Origin: Eledone cirrhosa
Lineage: Eukaryota
Length of the DNA: 64,000 nucleotides
Assembly (NCBI GenBank): GCA_964016885.1
Contig: OZ024741.1
Coordinates: 278,442,001-278,506,000, forward strand
Direction: 5' to 3'
A program made the translations under genes and the position numbers. Under the pieces are notes generated by a model that saw only the letters and a program-made list of their open reading frames with translations, was not told the origin of the DNA and did not search any database. This document shows, in pieces, positions 15,001 through 30,000 of the stretch (position 1 is its first letter; each line of letters starts with the position of its first letter).

Positions 15001-18000
15001 GATGTTTGTATGTAGTGCCTGTGGTTTTCATAGTGTTTGTGGTGTATTGATGTTTGAGTGTGGTGCCTGGGGTTTTCATAGTGTTTGTGGTGCATTTATG
15101 TTTGAGTGTGGTGCCTGGGGTTTTCATAGTGTTTGTGGTGTATTGATGTTTGAGTGTGGTGCCTGGGGTTTTCATATTGTTTGTGGTGCATTTATGTTTG
15201 AGTGTGGTGCCTGTGGTTTTCACAGTGTTTGTGGTGTATTGATCTTTGTATGTAGTGCCTGGGGTTTTCATAGTGTTTGTGGTGTATTGATGTTTGAGTG
15301 TGGTGCCTGGGGTTTTCATAGTGTTTGTGGTGTATTGATGTTTGAGTGTGGTGCCTGGGGTTTTCATAGTGTTTGTGGTGTATTGATGTTTGTATGTAGT
15401 GCCTGGGGTTTTCATAGTGTTTGTGGTGTACTAATGTTTGTATGTAGTGCCTGGGGTTTTCATAGTGTTTGTGGTGTACTGATGTTTGAGTGTGGTGCCT
15501 GGGGTTTTCATAGTGTTTGTGGTGTATTGATGTTTGAGTTTGGTGCCTATGGTTTTCACAGTGTTTGTGGTGTACTGATGTTTGTATGTAGTGCCTGGGG
15601 TTTTCATAGTGTTTGTGGTGTATTGATGTTTGTATGTAGTGCCTGGGGTTTTCATAGTGTTTGTGGTGTATTGATCTTTGAGTGTGGTGCTTGGGTTTTA
15701 CATAGTGTTTGTGATGTATTGATGTTTGAGTGTGGTGCCTGGGGTTTTCATAGTGTTTGTGGTGTATTGATGTTTGAGTGTGGTGCCTGGGGTTTTCATA
15801 GTGTTTGTGGTGCATTTATGTTTGAGTGTGGTGCCTGTGGTCTTCACAGTGTTTGTGGTGTATTGAAGTTTGTATGTAGTGCCTCGGGCTTTCATATTGT
15901 TTGTGGTGTATTGATGTTTGAGTATGGTGCCTGGGGTTTTCATAGCGTTTGTGGAGTACTGATGTTTGTATGTAGTGCCTGGGGTTTTCATAGTGTTTGT
16001 GGTGTTTGATGTTTGTATGTAGTGCCTGGGGTTTTCATAGTGTTTGTGGTGTATTGATGTTTGAGTGTGGTGCTTGGGGTTTACATAGTGTCTGTGATGT
16101 ATTGATGTTTGAGTGTGGTGCTTGGGGTTTTCATATTGTCTGTGGTGTATTGATGTTTGAGTGTGGTGCCTGGGGTTTTCATAGTGTTTGTGGTGTATAT
16201 ATGTTTGAGTGTGGTGCCTGGGGTTTTCAGTGTTTGTGGTGTATTGATGTTTGTATGTAGTGCCTGGGGTTTTCATAGTGTTTGTGGTGTATTGATGTTT
16301 GTATGTAGTGCCTGGGGTTTTCATAGTGTTTGTGGTGTATTGATGTTTGAGTGTGGTGCCTGGGGTTTACATGGTGTTTGTGATGTATTGATGTTTGTAT
16401 GTAGTGCCTGGGGTTTTCATAGTGTTTGTGGTGTATTGATGTTTGAGTGTAGTGCCTGGGGTTTACATGGTGTTTGTGATGTATTGATGTTTGTATGTAG
16501 TGCCTGGGGTTTTCATAGTGTTTGTGGTGTATTGATGTTTGAGTGTGGTGCCTGGGGTTTTCATAGTGTTTGTGGTGTATTGATGTTTGAGTGTGGTGCC
16601 TGGGGTTTTCATAGTGTTTGTGGTGTACTGATGTTTGAGTGTGGTGCCTGGGGTTTTCACAGTGTTTGTGGTGTATTGATGTTTGAGTGTGGTGCCTGGA
16701 GTTTTCATAGTGTTTTTGGTGTATTGATGTTTGAGTGTGGTGCCTGGGGTTTTCATAGTGTTTGTGGTGCAGTGATGTGTGAGTGTGGTGCCTGGGGTTT
16801 TCACAGTGTTTGTGGTATACTGATGTTTGAGTGTGGTGCCTGGGGTTTTCATAGTGTTTGTGGTGTACTGATGTGTGAGTGTGGTGCCTGGGGTTTTCAT
16901 AGTGTTTGTGGTGTATTGATGTTTGAGTGTGGTGCCTGGGGTTTTCATAGTGTTTGTGGTGTACTGATATTTGTATGTAGTGCCTGGGGTTTTCATAGTG
17001 TTTGTGGTGTACTGATGTTTGTATGTAGTGCCTGGGGTTTTCATAGTGTTTGTGGTGTATTAATGTTTGAGTGTGGTGCCTGTGGTTTTCACAGTGTTTG
17101 TGGTGTATTGATCTTTGTATGTAGTGCCTGGGGTTTTCATAGTGTTTGTGGTGTATTGATGTTTGAGTGTGGTGCCTGGGGTTTTCATAGTGTTTGTGGT
17201 GTACTGATGTTTGTATGTAGTGCCTGGGGCTTTCATAGTGTTTGTGGTGTATTGATGTTTGAGTGTGGTGCCTGGGGTTTTCATAGTGTTTGTGGTGTAC
17301 TGATGTTTGTATGTAGTGCCTGGGGTTTTCATAGTGTTTGTGGTGTATTAATGTTTGAGTGTGGTGCCTGTGGTTTTCACAGTGTTTGTGGTGTATTGAT
17401 CTTTGTATGTAGTGCCTGGGGTTTTCATAGTGTTTGTGGTGTATTGATGTTTGAGTGTGGTGCCTGGGGTTTTCATAGTGTTTGTGGTGTATTGATGTTT
17501 GAGTGTGGTGCCTGGGGTTTTCATAGTGTTTGTGGTGTATTGATGTTTGTATGTAGTGCCTGGGGTTTTCATAGTGTTTGTGGTGTACTGATGTTTGTAT
17601 GTAGTGCCTGGGGTTTTCACAGTGTTTGTGGTGTATTGATGTTTGAGTGTGGTGCCTGGGGTTTTCATAGTGTTTGTGGTGTACTGATGTTTGAGTGTGG
17701 TGCCTGTGGTTTTCATAGTGTTTGTGGTGTATTGATGTTTGTATGTAGTGCCTGGGGTTTTCATAGTGTTTGTGGTGTACTAATGTTTGTATGTAGTGCC
17801 TGGGGTTTTCATAGTGTTTGTGGTGTACTGATGTTTGCGTGTGGTGCCTGGGGTTTTCATAGTGTTTGTGGTGTATTGATGTTTGAGTTTGGTGCCTATG
17901 GTTTTCACAGTGTTTGTGGTGTACTGATGTTTGTATGTAGTGCCTGGGGTTTTCATAGTGTTTGTGGTGTATTGATGTTTGTATGTAGTGCCTGGGGTTT

Positions 18001-21000
18001 TCATAGTGTTTGTGGTGTATTGATGTTTGAGTGTGGTGCTTGGGTTTTACATAGTGTTTGTGATGTATTGATGTTTGAGTGTGGTGCCTGGGGTTTTCAT
18101 AGTGTTTGTGGTGCATTTATGTTTGAGTGTGGTGCCTGTGGTTTTCACAGTGTTTGTGGTGTATTGATGTTTGTATGTAGTGCCTGGGGCTTTCATAGTG
18201 TTTGTGGTGTACTGGTGTTTGAGTGTGGTGCCTGGGGTTTTCATAGTGTTTGTGGTGTATTGATGTTTGAGTGTGGTGCTTGGGGTTTTCATAGTTTTTG
18301 TGGTGTACTGATGTTTGTATGTATTGCCTGGGGTTTTCATAGTGTTTGTGGTGTACTGATGTTTGTGTGTGGTGCCTGGGGTTTTCATAGTGTTTGTGGT
18401 GTATTGATGTTTGTATGTAGTGCCTGGGGTTTTCATAGTGTTTGTGGTGTACTGATGTTTGAGTGTGGTGCCTGGGATTTTCATAGTGTTTGTGGTGTAT
18501 TGATGTTTGTATGTAGTGCCTGGGGTATTCATAGTGTTTGTGGTGTACTGATGTGTGAGTGTGGTGCCTGGGGTTTTCACAGTGTTTGTGGTGTATTGAT
18601 GTTTGAGTGTGGTGCCTGGAGTTTTTATAGTGTTTGTGGTGTATTTTTGAGTGTGGTGCCTGGGGTTTTCATAGTGTTTGTGGTGTATTGATGTTTGTAT
18701 GTAGTGCCTGGGGTTTTCATAGTGTTTGTCGTGTATTGATGTTTGAGTGTGGTGCTTGGGGTTTACATAGTGTTTGTGGTGTATTTATGTTTGAGTGTGG
18801 TGCTTGGGGTTTTCATAGAGTTTGTGGTGTATTTATGCTTGAGTGTGGTGCCTGGTGTTTTGACAGTGTTTGTGGTGTACTGATGTTTGAGTGTGGTGCC
18901 TGGGGTTTTCATAGTGTTTGTGGTGTACTGATGTTTGTATGTAGTGCCTGTGGTTTTCATAGTGTTTGTGGTGTATTGATGTTTGAGTGTGGTGCCTGGG
19001 GTTTTCATAGTGTTTGTGGTGTATTGATGTTTGAGTGTGGTGCCTGTGGTTTTCTCAGTGTTTGTGGTGTATTGATGTTTGAGTTTGGTGCCAATGGTTT
19101 TCAGTGTTTGTGGTGTACTGATGTTTGTATGTAGTGCCTGTGGTTTTCATAGTGTTTGTGGTGTACTGATGTTTGTATGTAGTGTCTGTGGTTTTCATAG
19201 TGTTTGTGGTGTATTGATGTTTGTATGTAGTGCCTGTGGTTTTCATAGTGTTTGTGGTGTACTGATGTTTGTATGTAGTGCCTGTGGTTTTCATAGTGTT
19301 TGTGGTGTACTGATGTTTGTATGTAGTGCCTGTGGTTTTCATAGTGTTTGTGGTGTATTGATGTTTGAGTGTGGTGCCTGGGGTTTTCATAGTGTTTGTG
19401 GTGCATTTATGTTTGAGTGTGGTGCCTGGGGTTTTCATAGTGTTTGTGGTGTATTGATGTTTGAGTGTGGTGCCTGGGGTTTTCATAGTGTTTGTGGTGT
19501 ATTGATGTTTGTATGTAGTGCCTGGGGTTTTCATAGTGTTTGTGGTGTACTAATGTTTGTATGTAGTGCCTGGGGTTTTCATAGTGTTTGTGGTGTACTG
19601 ATGTTTGAGTGTGGTGCCTGGGGTTTTCATAGTGTTTGTGGTGTATTGATGTTTGAGTTTGGTGCCTATGGTTTTCACAGTGTTTGTGGTGTACTGATGT
19701 TTGTATGTAGTGCCTGGGGTTTTCATAGTGTTTGTGGTGTATTGATGTTTGTATGTAGTGCCTGGGGTTTTCATAGTGTTTGTGGTGTATTGATCTTTGA
19801 GTGTGGTGCTTGGGTTTTACATAGTGTTTGTGATGTATTGATGTTTGAGTGTGGTGCCTGGGGTTTTCATAGTGTTTGTGGTGTACTGATGTTTGAGCGT
19901 GGTGCCTGGGGTTTTCATAGTGTTTGTGGTGCATTTATGTTTGAGTGTGGTGCCTGTGGTTTTCACAGTGTTTGTGGTGTATTGATGTTTGTATGTAGTG
20001 CCTGGGGCTTTCATAGTGTTTGTGGTGTACTGGTGTTTGAGTGTGGTGCCTGGGGTTTTCATAGTGTTTGTGGTGTATTGATGTTTGAGTGTGGTGCTTG
20101 GCGTTTTCATAGTGTTTGTGGTGTACTGATGTTTGTATGTATTGCCTGGGGTTTTCATAGTGTTTGTGGTGTACTGATGTTTGTGTGTGGTGCCTGGGGT
20201 TTTCATAGTGTTTGTGGTGTATTGATGTTTGTATGTAGTGCCTGGGGTTTTCATAGTGTTTGTGGTGTACTGATGTTTGAGTGTGGTGCCTGGGGTTTTC
20301 ATAGTGTTTGTGGTGTACTGATGTTTGAGTGTGGTGCCTGGGATTTTCATAGTGTTTGTGGTGTATTGATGTTTGTATGTAGTGCCTGGGGTATTCATAG
20401 TGTTTGTGGTGTACTGATGTGTGAGTGTGGTGCCTGTGGTTTTCACAGTGTTTGTGGTGTATTGATGTTTGAGTGTGGTGCCTGGGGTTTTCATAGTGTT
20501 TGTGGTGCATTTATGTTTGAGTGTGGTGCCTGTGGTTTTCACAGTGTTTGTGGTGTATTGATGTTTGAGTGTGGTGCCTGGGGTTTTCATAGTGTTTGTG
20601 GTGCATTTATGTTTGAGTGTGGTGCCTGGGGTTTTCATAGTGTTTGTGGTGTATTGATGTTTGAGTGTGGTGCCTGGGGTTTTCACAGTGTTTGTGGTGC
20701 CTGGGGTTTTCATAGTGTTTGTGGTGCATTTATGTTTGAGTGTGGTGCCTGGGGTTTTCATAGTGTTTGTGGTGTATTGATGTTTGAGTGTGGTGCCTGG
20801 GGTTTTCATAGTGTTTGTGGTGCATTTATGTTTGAGTGTGGTGCCTGTGGTTTTCACAGTGTTTGTGGTGTATTGAAGTTTGTATGTAGTGCCTCGGGCT
20901 TTCATATTGTTTGTGGTGTATTGATGTTTGAGTATGGTGCCTGGGGTTTTCATAGCGTTTGTGGAGTACTGATGTTTGTATGTAGTGCCTGGGGTTTTCA

Positions 21001-24000
21001 TAGTGTTTGTGGTGTTTGATGTTTGTATGTAGTGCCTGGGGTTTTCATAGTGTTTGTGGTGTATTGATGTTTGAGTGTGGTGCTTGGGGTTTACATAGTG
21101 TTTGTGATGTATTGATGTTTGAGTGTGGTGCTTGGGGTTTTCATATTGTCTGTGGTGTATTGATGTTTGAGTGTGGTGCCTGGGGTTTTCATAGTGTTTG
21201 TGGTGTATATATGTTTGAGTGTGGTGCCTGGGGTTTTCAGTGTTTGTGGTGTATTGATGTTTGTATGTAGTGCCTGGGGTTTTCATAGTGTTTGTGGTGT
21301 ATTGATGTTTGTATGTAGTGCCTGGTGTTTTCATAGTGTTTGTGGTGTATTGATGCTTGAGTGTGGTGCCTGGGGTTTACATGGTGTTTGTGATGTATTG
21401 ATGTTTGTATGTAGTGCCTGGGGTTTTCATAGTGTTTGTGGTGTATTGATGTTTGAGTGTGGTGCCTGGGGTTTCATAGTGTTTGTGGTGTATTGATGTT
21501 TGAGTGTGGTGCCTGGGGTTTTCATAGTGTTTGTGGTGTACTGATGTTTGAGTGTGGTGCCTGGGGTTTTCACAGTGTTTGTGGTGTATTGATGTTTGAG
21601 TGTGGTGCCTGGAGTTTTCATAGTGTTTTTGGTGTATTGATGTTTGAGTGTGGTGCCTGGGGTTTTCATAGTGTTTGTGGTGTAGTGATGTGTGAGTGTG
21701 GTGCCTGGGGTTTTCACAGTGTTTGTGGTATACTGATGTTTGAGTGTGGTGCCTGGGGTTTTCATAGTGTTTGTGGTGTACTGATGTGTGAGTGTGGTGC
21801 CTGGGGTTTTCATAGTGTTTGTGGTGTATTGATGTTTGAGTGTGGTGCCTGGGGTTTTCATAGTGTTTGTGGTGTACTGATATTTGTATGTAGTGCCTGG
21901 GGTTTTCATAGTGTTTGTGGTGTACTGATGTTTGTATGTAGTGCCTGGGGTTTTCATAGTGTTTGGGGTGTATTAATGTTTGAGTGTAGTGCCTGTGGTT
22001 TTCACAGTGTTTGTGGTGTATTGATCTTTGTATGTAGTGCCTGGGGTTTTCATAGTGTTTGTGGTGTATTGATGTTTGAGTGTGGTGCCTGGGGTTTTCA
22101 TAGTGTTTGTGGTGTACTGATGTTTGTATGTAGTGCCTGGGGCTTTCATAGTGTTTGTGGTGTATTGATGTTTGAGTGTGGTGCCTGGGGTTTTCATAGT
22201 GTTTGTGGTGTACTGATGTTTGTATGTAGTGCCTGGGGTTTTCATAGTGTTTGTGGTGTATTAATGTTTGAGTGTGGTGCCTGTGGTTTTCACAGTGTTT
22301 GTGGTGTATTGATCTTTGTATGTAGTGCCTGGGGTTTTCATAGTGTTTGTGGTGTATTGATGTTTGAGTGTGGTGCCTGGGGTTTTCATAGTGTTTGTGG
22401 TGTATTGATGTTTGAGTGTGGTGCCTGGGGTTTTCATAGTGTTTGTGGTGTATTGATGTTTGTATGTAGTGCCTGGGGTTTTCATAGTGTTTGTGGTGTA
22501 CTGATGTTTGTATGTAGTGCCTGGGGTTTTCACAGTGTTTGTGGTGTATTGATGTTTGAGTGTGGTGCCTGGGGTTTTCATAGTGTTTGTGGTGTACTGA
22601 TGTTTGAGTGTGGTGCCTGTGGTTTTCATAGTGTTTGTGGTGTATTGATGTTTGTATGTAGTGCCTGGGGTTTTCATAGTGTTTGTGGTGTACTAATGTT
22701 TGTATGTAGTGCCTGGGGTTTTCATAGTGTTTGTGGTGTACTGATGTTTGAGTGTGGTGCCTGGGGTTTTCATAGTGTTTGTGGTGTATTGATGTTTGAG
22801 TTTGGTGCCTATGGTTTTCACAGTGTTTGTGGTGTACTGATGTTTGTATGTAGTGCCTGGGGTTTTCATAGTGTTTGTGGTGTATTGATGTTTGTATGTA
22901 GTGCCTGGGGTTTTCATAGTGTTTGTGGTGTATTGATGTTTGAGTGTGGTGCTTGGGTTTTACATAGTGTTTGTGATGTATTGATGTTTGAGTGTGGTGC
23001 CTGGGGTTTTCATAGTGTTTGTGGTGTACTGATGTTTGAGCGTGGTGCCTGGGGTTTTCATAGTGTTTGTGGTGCATTTATGTTTGAGTGTGGTGCCTGT
23101 GGTTTTCACAGTGTTTGTGGTGTATTGATGTTTGTATGTAGTGCCTGGGGCTTTCATAGTGTTTGTGGTGTACTGGTGTTTGAGTGTGGTGCCTGGGGTT
23201 TTCATAGTGTTTGTGGTGTATTGATGTTTGAGTGTGGTGCTTGGGGTTTTCATAGTTTTTGTGGTGTACTGATGTTTGTATGTATTGCCTGGGGTTTTCA
23301 TAGTGTTTGTGGTGTACTGATGTTTGTGTGTGGTGCCTGGGGTTTTCATAGTGTTTGTGGTGTATTGATGTTTATATGTAGTGCCTGGGGTTTTCATAGT
23401 GTTTGTGGTGTACTGATGTTTGAGTGTGGTGCCTGGGGTTTTCATAGTGTTTGTGGTGTACTGATGTTTGAGTGTGGTGCCTGGGATTTTCATAGTGTTT
23501 GTGGTGTATTGATATTTGTATGTAGTGCCTGGGGTATTCATAGTGTTTGTGGTGTACTGATGTGTGAGTGTGGTGCCTGGGGTTTTCACAGTGTTTGTGG
23601 TGTATTGATGTTTGAGTGTGGTGCCTGGAGTTTTTATAGTGTTTGTGGTGTATTTTTGAGTGTGGTGCCTGGGGTTTTCATAGTGTTTGTGGTGTATTGA
23701 TGTTTGTATGTAGTGCCTGGGGTTTTCATAGTGTTTGTCGTGTATTGATGTTTGAGTGTGGTGCTTGGGGTTTACATAGTGTTTGTGGTGTATTTATGTT
23801 TGAGTGTGGTGCTTGGGGTTTTCATAGAGTTTGTGGTGTATTTATGCTTGAGTGTGGTGCCTGGTGTTTTGACAGTGTTTGTGGTGTACTGATGTTTGAG
23901 TGTGGTGCCTGGGGTTTTCATAGTGTTTGTGGTGTACTGATGTTTGTATGTAGTGCCTGTGGTTTTCATAGTGTTTGTGGTGTATTGATGTTTGAGTGTG

Positions 24001-27000
24001 GTGCCTGGGGTTTTCATAGTGTTTGTGGTGTATTGATGTTTGAGTGTGGTGCCTGTGGTTTTCATAGTGTTTGTGGTGTATTGATGTTTGAGTTTGGTGC
24101 CAATGGTTTTCAGTGTTTGTGGTGTACTGATGTTTGTATGTAGTGCCTGTGGTTTTCATAGGGTTTGTGGTGTACTGATGTTTGTATGTAGTGTCTGTGG
24201 TTTTCATAGTGTTTGTGGTGTATTGATGTTTGTATGTAGTGCCTGTGGTTTTCATAGTGTTTGTGGTGTACTGATGTTTGTATGTAGTGCCTGTGGTTTT
24301 CATAGTGTTTGTGGTGTACTGATGTTTGTATGTAGTGCCTGTGGTTTTCATAGTGTTTGTGGTGTATTGATGTTTGAGTGTGGTGCCTGGGGTTTTCATA
24401 GTGTTTGTGGTGCATTTATGTTTGAGTGTGGTGCCTGGGGTTTTCATAGTGTTTGTGGTGTATTGATGTTTGAGTGTGGTGCCTGGGGTTTTCATATTGT
24501 TTGTGGTGCATTTATGTTTGAGTGTGGTGCCTGTGGTTTTCACAGTGTTTGTGGTGTATTGATGTTTGTATGTAGTGCCTGGGGCTTTCATAGTGTTTGT
24601 GGTGTATTGATGTTTGAGTATGGTGCCTGGGGTTTTCATAGCGTTTGTGGAGTACTGATGTTTGTATGTAGTGCCTGGGGTTTTCATAGTGTTTGTGGTG
24701 TACTAATGTTTGTATGTAGTGCCTGGGGTTTTCATAGTGTTTGTGGTGTACTGATGTTTGAGTGTGGTGCCTGGGGTTTTCATAGTGTTTGTGGTGTATT
24801 GATGTTTGAGTGTGGTGCCTGGGGTTTTCATAGTGTTTGTGGTGTACTGATGTTTGTATGTAGTGCCTGTGGTTTTCACAGTGTTTGTGGTGTATTGATG
24901 TTTGAGTGTGGTGCCTGGGGTTTTCATAGTGTTTGTGGTGCATTTATGTTTGAGTGTGGTGCCTGGGGTTTTCATAGTGTTTGTGGTGCATTTATGTTTG
25001 AGTGTGGTGCCTGGGGTTTTCATAGTGTTTGTGGTGTATTGATGTTTGAGTGTGGTGCCTGGGGTTTTCATAGTGTTTGTGGTGCATTTATGTTTGAGTG
25101 TGGTGCCTGTGGTTTTCACAGTGTTTGTGGTGTATTGATGTTTGTATGTAGTGCCTGGGGCTTTCATAGTGTTTGTGGTGTATTGATGTTTGAGTATGGT
25201 GCCCGGGGTTTTCATAGCGTTTGTGGAGTACTGATGTTTGTATGTAGTGCCTGGGGTTTTCATAGTGTTTGTGGTGTATTGATGTTTGAGTGTGGTGCTT
25301 GGGGTTTACATAGTGTTTGTGATGTATTGATGTTTGAGTGTGGTGCCTGGGGTTTTCATAGTGTTTGTGGTGTATTTATGTTTGAGTGTGGTGCCTGGGG
25401 TTTTCACAGTGTTTGTGGTGTATTGATGTTTGTATGTAGTGCCTGGGGCTTTCATAGTGTTTGTGGTGTATTGATGTTTGAGTATGGTGCCTGGGGTTTT
25501 CATAGCGTTTGTGGAGTACTGATGTTTGTATGTAGTGCCTGGGGTTTTCATAGTGTTTGTGGTGTATTGATGTTTGTATGTAGTGCCTGGGGTTTTCATA
25601 GTGTTTGTGGTGTATTGATGTTTGAGTGTGGTGCTTGGGGTTTACATAGTGTTTGTGATGTATTGATGTTTGAGTGTGGTGCTTGGGGTTTTCATATTGT
25701 CTGTGGTGTATTGATGTTTGAGTGTGGTGCCTGGGGTTTTCATATTGTTGGTGGTGTATTTATGTTTGAGTGTGGTGCCTGGGGTTTTCAGTGTTTGTGG
25801 TGTATTGATGTTTGTATGTAGTGCCTGGGGTTTTCATAGTGTTTGTGGTGTATTGATGTTTGTATGTAGTGCCTGGGGTTTTCATAGTGTTTGTGGTGTA
25901 TTGATGTTTGAGTGTGGTGCCTGGGATTTACATGGTGTTTGTGATGTATTGATGTTTGTATGTAGTGCCTGGGGTTTTCATAGTGTTTGTGGTGTATTGA
26001 TGTTTGAGTGTAGTGCCTGGGGTTTACATGGTGTTTGTGATGTATTGATGTTTGTATGTAGTGCCTGGGGTTTTCATAGCGTTTGTGGAGTACTGATGTT
26101 TGTATGTAGTGCCTGGGGTTTTCATAGTGTTTGTGGTGTACTAATGTTTGTATGTAGTGCCTGGGGTTTTCATAGTGTTTGTGGTGTACTGATGTTTGAG
26201 TGTGGTGCCTGGGGTTTTCATAGTGTTTGTGGTGTATTGATGTTTGAGTGTGGTGCCTGGGGTTTTCATAGTGTTTGTGGTGTACTGATGTTTGTATGTA
26301 GTGCCTGGGGTTTTCATAGTGTTTGCGGTGTATTGATGTTTGTATGTAGTGCCTGGGGTTTTCATAGTGTTTGTGGTGTATTGATGTTTGAGTGTGGTGC
26401 TTGGGTTTTACATAGTGTTTGTGATGTATTGATGTTTGAGTGTGGTGCCTGGGGTTTTCATAGTGTTTGTGGTGTATTGATGTTTGAGTGTGGTGCCTGG
26501 GGTTTTCATAGTGTTTGTGGTGTACTGATATTTGTATGTAGTGCCTGGGGTTTTCATAGTGTTTGTGGTGTACTGATGTTTGTATGTAGTGCCTGGGGTT
26601 TTCATAGTGTTTGTGGTGTATTAATGTTTGAGTGTGGTGCCTGTGGTTTTCACAGTGTTTGTGGTGTATTGATCTTTGTATGTAGTGCCTGGGGTTTTCA
26701 TAGTGTTTGTGGTGTATTGATGTTTGAGTGTGGTGCCTGGGGTTTTCATAGTGTTTGTGGTGTACTGATGTTTGTATGTAGTGCCTGGGTCTTTCATAGT
26801 GTTTGTGGTGTATTGATGTTTGAGTGTGGTGCCTGGGGTTTTCATAGTGTTTGTGGTGTACTGATGTTTGTATGTAGTGCCTGGGGTTTTCATAGTGTTT
26901 GTGGTGTATTAATGTTTGAGTGTGGTGCCTGTGGTTTTCACAGTGTTTGTGGTGTATTGATCTTTGTATGTAGTGCCTGGGGTTTTCATAGTGTTTGTGG

Positions 27001-30000
27001 TGTATTGATGTTTGAGTGTGGTGCCTGGGGTTTTCATAGTGTTTGTGGTGTATTGATGTTTGAGTGTGGTGCCTGGGGTTTTCATAGTGTTTGTGGTGTA
27101 TTGATGTTTGTATGTAGTGCCTGGGGTTTTCATAGTGTTTGTGGTGTACTGATGTTTGTATGTAGTGCCTGGGGTTTTCACAGTGTTTGTGGTGTATTGA
27201 TGTTTGAGTGTGGTGCCTGGGGTTTTCATAGTGTTTGTGGTGTACTGATGTTTGAGTGTGGTGCCTGTGGTTTTCATAGTGTTTGTGGTGTATTGATGTT
27301 TGTATGTAGTGCCTGGGGTTTTCATAGTGTTTGTGGTGTACTAATGTTTGTATGTAGTGCCTGGGGTTTTCATAGTGTTTGTGGTGTACTGATGTTTGAG
27401 TGTGGTGCCTGGGGTTTTCATAGTGTTTGTGGTGTATTGATGTTTGAGTTTGGTGCCTATGGTTTTCACAGTGTTTGTGGTGTACTGATGTTTGTATGTA
27501 GTGCCTGGGGTTTTCATAGTGTTTGTGGTGTATTGATGTTTGTATGTAGTGCCTGGGGTTTTCATAGTGTTTGTGGTGTATTGATGTTTGAGTGTGGTGC
27601 TTGGGTTTTACATAGTGTTTGTGATGTATTGATGTTTGAGTGTGGTGCCTGGGGTTTTCATAGTGTTTGTGGTGTACTGATGTTTGAGCGTGGTGCCTGG
27701 GGTTTTCATAGTGTTTGTGGTGTATTGATGTTTGAGTGTGGTGCCTGGGGTTTTCATAGTGTTTGTGGTGTATTGATGTTTGAGTGTGGTGCCTGGGGTT
27801 TTCATAGTGTTTGTGGTGTATTGATGTTTGTATGTAGTGCCTGGGGTGTTCATAGTGTTTGTGGTGTACTGATGTTTGTATGTAGTGCCTGGGGTTTTCA
27901 CAGTGTTTGTGGTGTATTGATGTTTGAGTGTGGTGCCTGGGGTTTTCATAGTGTTTGTGGTGTACTGATGTTTGAGTGTGGTGACTGTGGTTTTCATAGT
28001 GTTTGTGGTGTATTGATGTTTGTATGTAGTGCCTGGGGTTTTCATAGTGTTTCTGGTGTACTAATGTTTGTATGTAGTGCCTGGGGTTTTCATAGTGTTT
28101 GTGGTGTACTGATGTTTGAGTGTGGTGCCTAGGGTTTTCATAGTGTTTGTGGTTTATTGATGTTTGAGTTTGGTGCCTATGGTTTTGACAGTGTTTGTGG
28201 TGTACTGATGTTTGTATGTAGTGCCTGGGGTTTTCATAGTGTTTGTGGTGTATTGATGTTTGTATGTAGTGCCTGGGGTTTTCATAGTGTTTGTGGTGTA
28301 TTGATGTTTGAGTGTGGTGCTTGGGTTTTACATAGTGTTTGTGATGTATTGATGTTTGAGTGTGGTGCCTGGGGTTTTCATAGTGTTTGTGGTGTACTGA
28401 TGTTTGAGTGTGGTGCCTGGGGTTTTCATAGTGTTTGTGGTGTACTGATGTTTGTATGTAGTGCCTGTCGTTTTCATAGTGTTTGTGGTGTATTGATGTT
28501 TGAGTGTGGTGCCTGGGGTTTTCATAGTGTTTGTGGTGCATTTATGTTTGAGTGTGGTGCCTGGGGTTTTCATAGTGTTTGTGGTGTATTGATGTTTGTA
28601 TGTAGTGCCTGGGGCTTTCATAGTGTTTGTGGTGTATTGATGTTTGAGTATGGTGCCTGGGGTTTTCATAGCGTTTGTGGAGTACTGATGTTTGAGTGTG
28701 GTGCCTGGGAGTTTCATAGTGTTTGTGGTGTATTGATGTTTGTATGTAGTGCCTGGGGTATTCATAGTGTTTGTGGTGTACTGATGTGTGAGTGTGGTGC
28801 CTGGGGTTTTCACAGTGTTTGTGGTGTATTGATGTTTGAGTGTGGTGCCTGGAGTTTTTATAGTATTTGTGGTGTATTTTTGAGTGTGGTGCCTGGGGTT
28901 TTCATAGTGTTTGTGGTGTATTGATGTTTGTATGTAGTGCCTGGGGTTTTCATAGTGTTTGTCGTGTATTGATGTTTGAGTGTGGTGCTTGGGGTTTACA
29001 TAGTGTTTGTGGTGTATTTATGTTTGAGTGTGGTGCTTGGGGTTTTCATAGAGTTTGTGGTGTATTTATGTTTGAGTGTGGTGCCTGGTGTTTTGACAGT
29101 GTTTGTGGTGTACTGATGTTTGAGTGTGGTGCCTGGGGTTTTCATAGTGTTTGTGGTGTACTGATGTTTGTATGTAGTGCCTGTGGTTTTCATAGTGTTT
29201 GTGGTGTATTGATGTTTGAGTGTGGTGCCTGGGGTTTTCATAGTGTTTGTGGTGTATTGATGTTTGTATGTAGTGCCTGTGGTTTTCATAGTGTTTGTGG
29301 TGTATTTATGTTTGAGTGTGGTGCCTGTGGTTTTCACAGTGTTTGTGGTGTATTGATGTTTGAGTGTGGTGCCTGGGGTTTTCATAGTGTTTGTGGTTCA
29401 TTTATGTTTGAGTGTGGTGCCTGGGGTTTTCATAGTGTTTGTGGTGCATTTATGTTTGAGTGTGGTGCCTGGGGTTTTCATAGTGTTTGTGGTGTATTGA
29501 TGTTTGAGTGTGGTGCCTGGGGTTTTCATAGTGTTTGTGGTGCATTTATGTTTGAGTGTGGTGCCTGTGGTTTTCACAGTGTTTGTGGTGTATTGATGTT
29601 TGTATGTAGTGCCTGGGGCTTTCATAGTGTTTGTGGTGTATTGATGTTTGAGTATGGTGCCTGGGGTTTTCATAGCGTTTGTGGAGTACTGATGTTTGTA
29701 TGTAGTGCCTGGGGTTTTCATAGTGTTTGTGGTGTATTGATGTTTGAGTGTGGTGCTTGGGGTTTACATAGTGTTTGTGATGTATTGATGTTTGAGTGTG
29801 GTGCCTGGGGTTTTCATAGTGTTTGTCGTGTATTTATGTTTGAGTGTGGTGCCTGGGGTTTTCACAGTGTTTGTGGTGTATTGATGTTTGTATGTAGTGC
29901 CTGGGGCTTTCATAGTGTTTGTGGTGTATTGATGTTTGAGTATGGTGCCTGGGGTTTTCATAGCGTTTGTGGAGTACTGATGTTTGTATGTAGTGCCTGG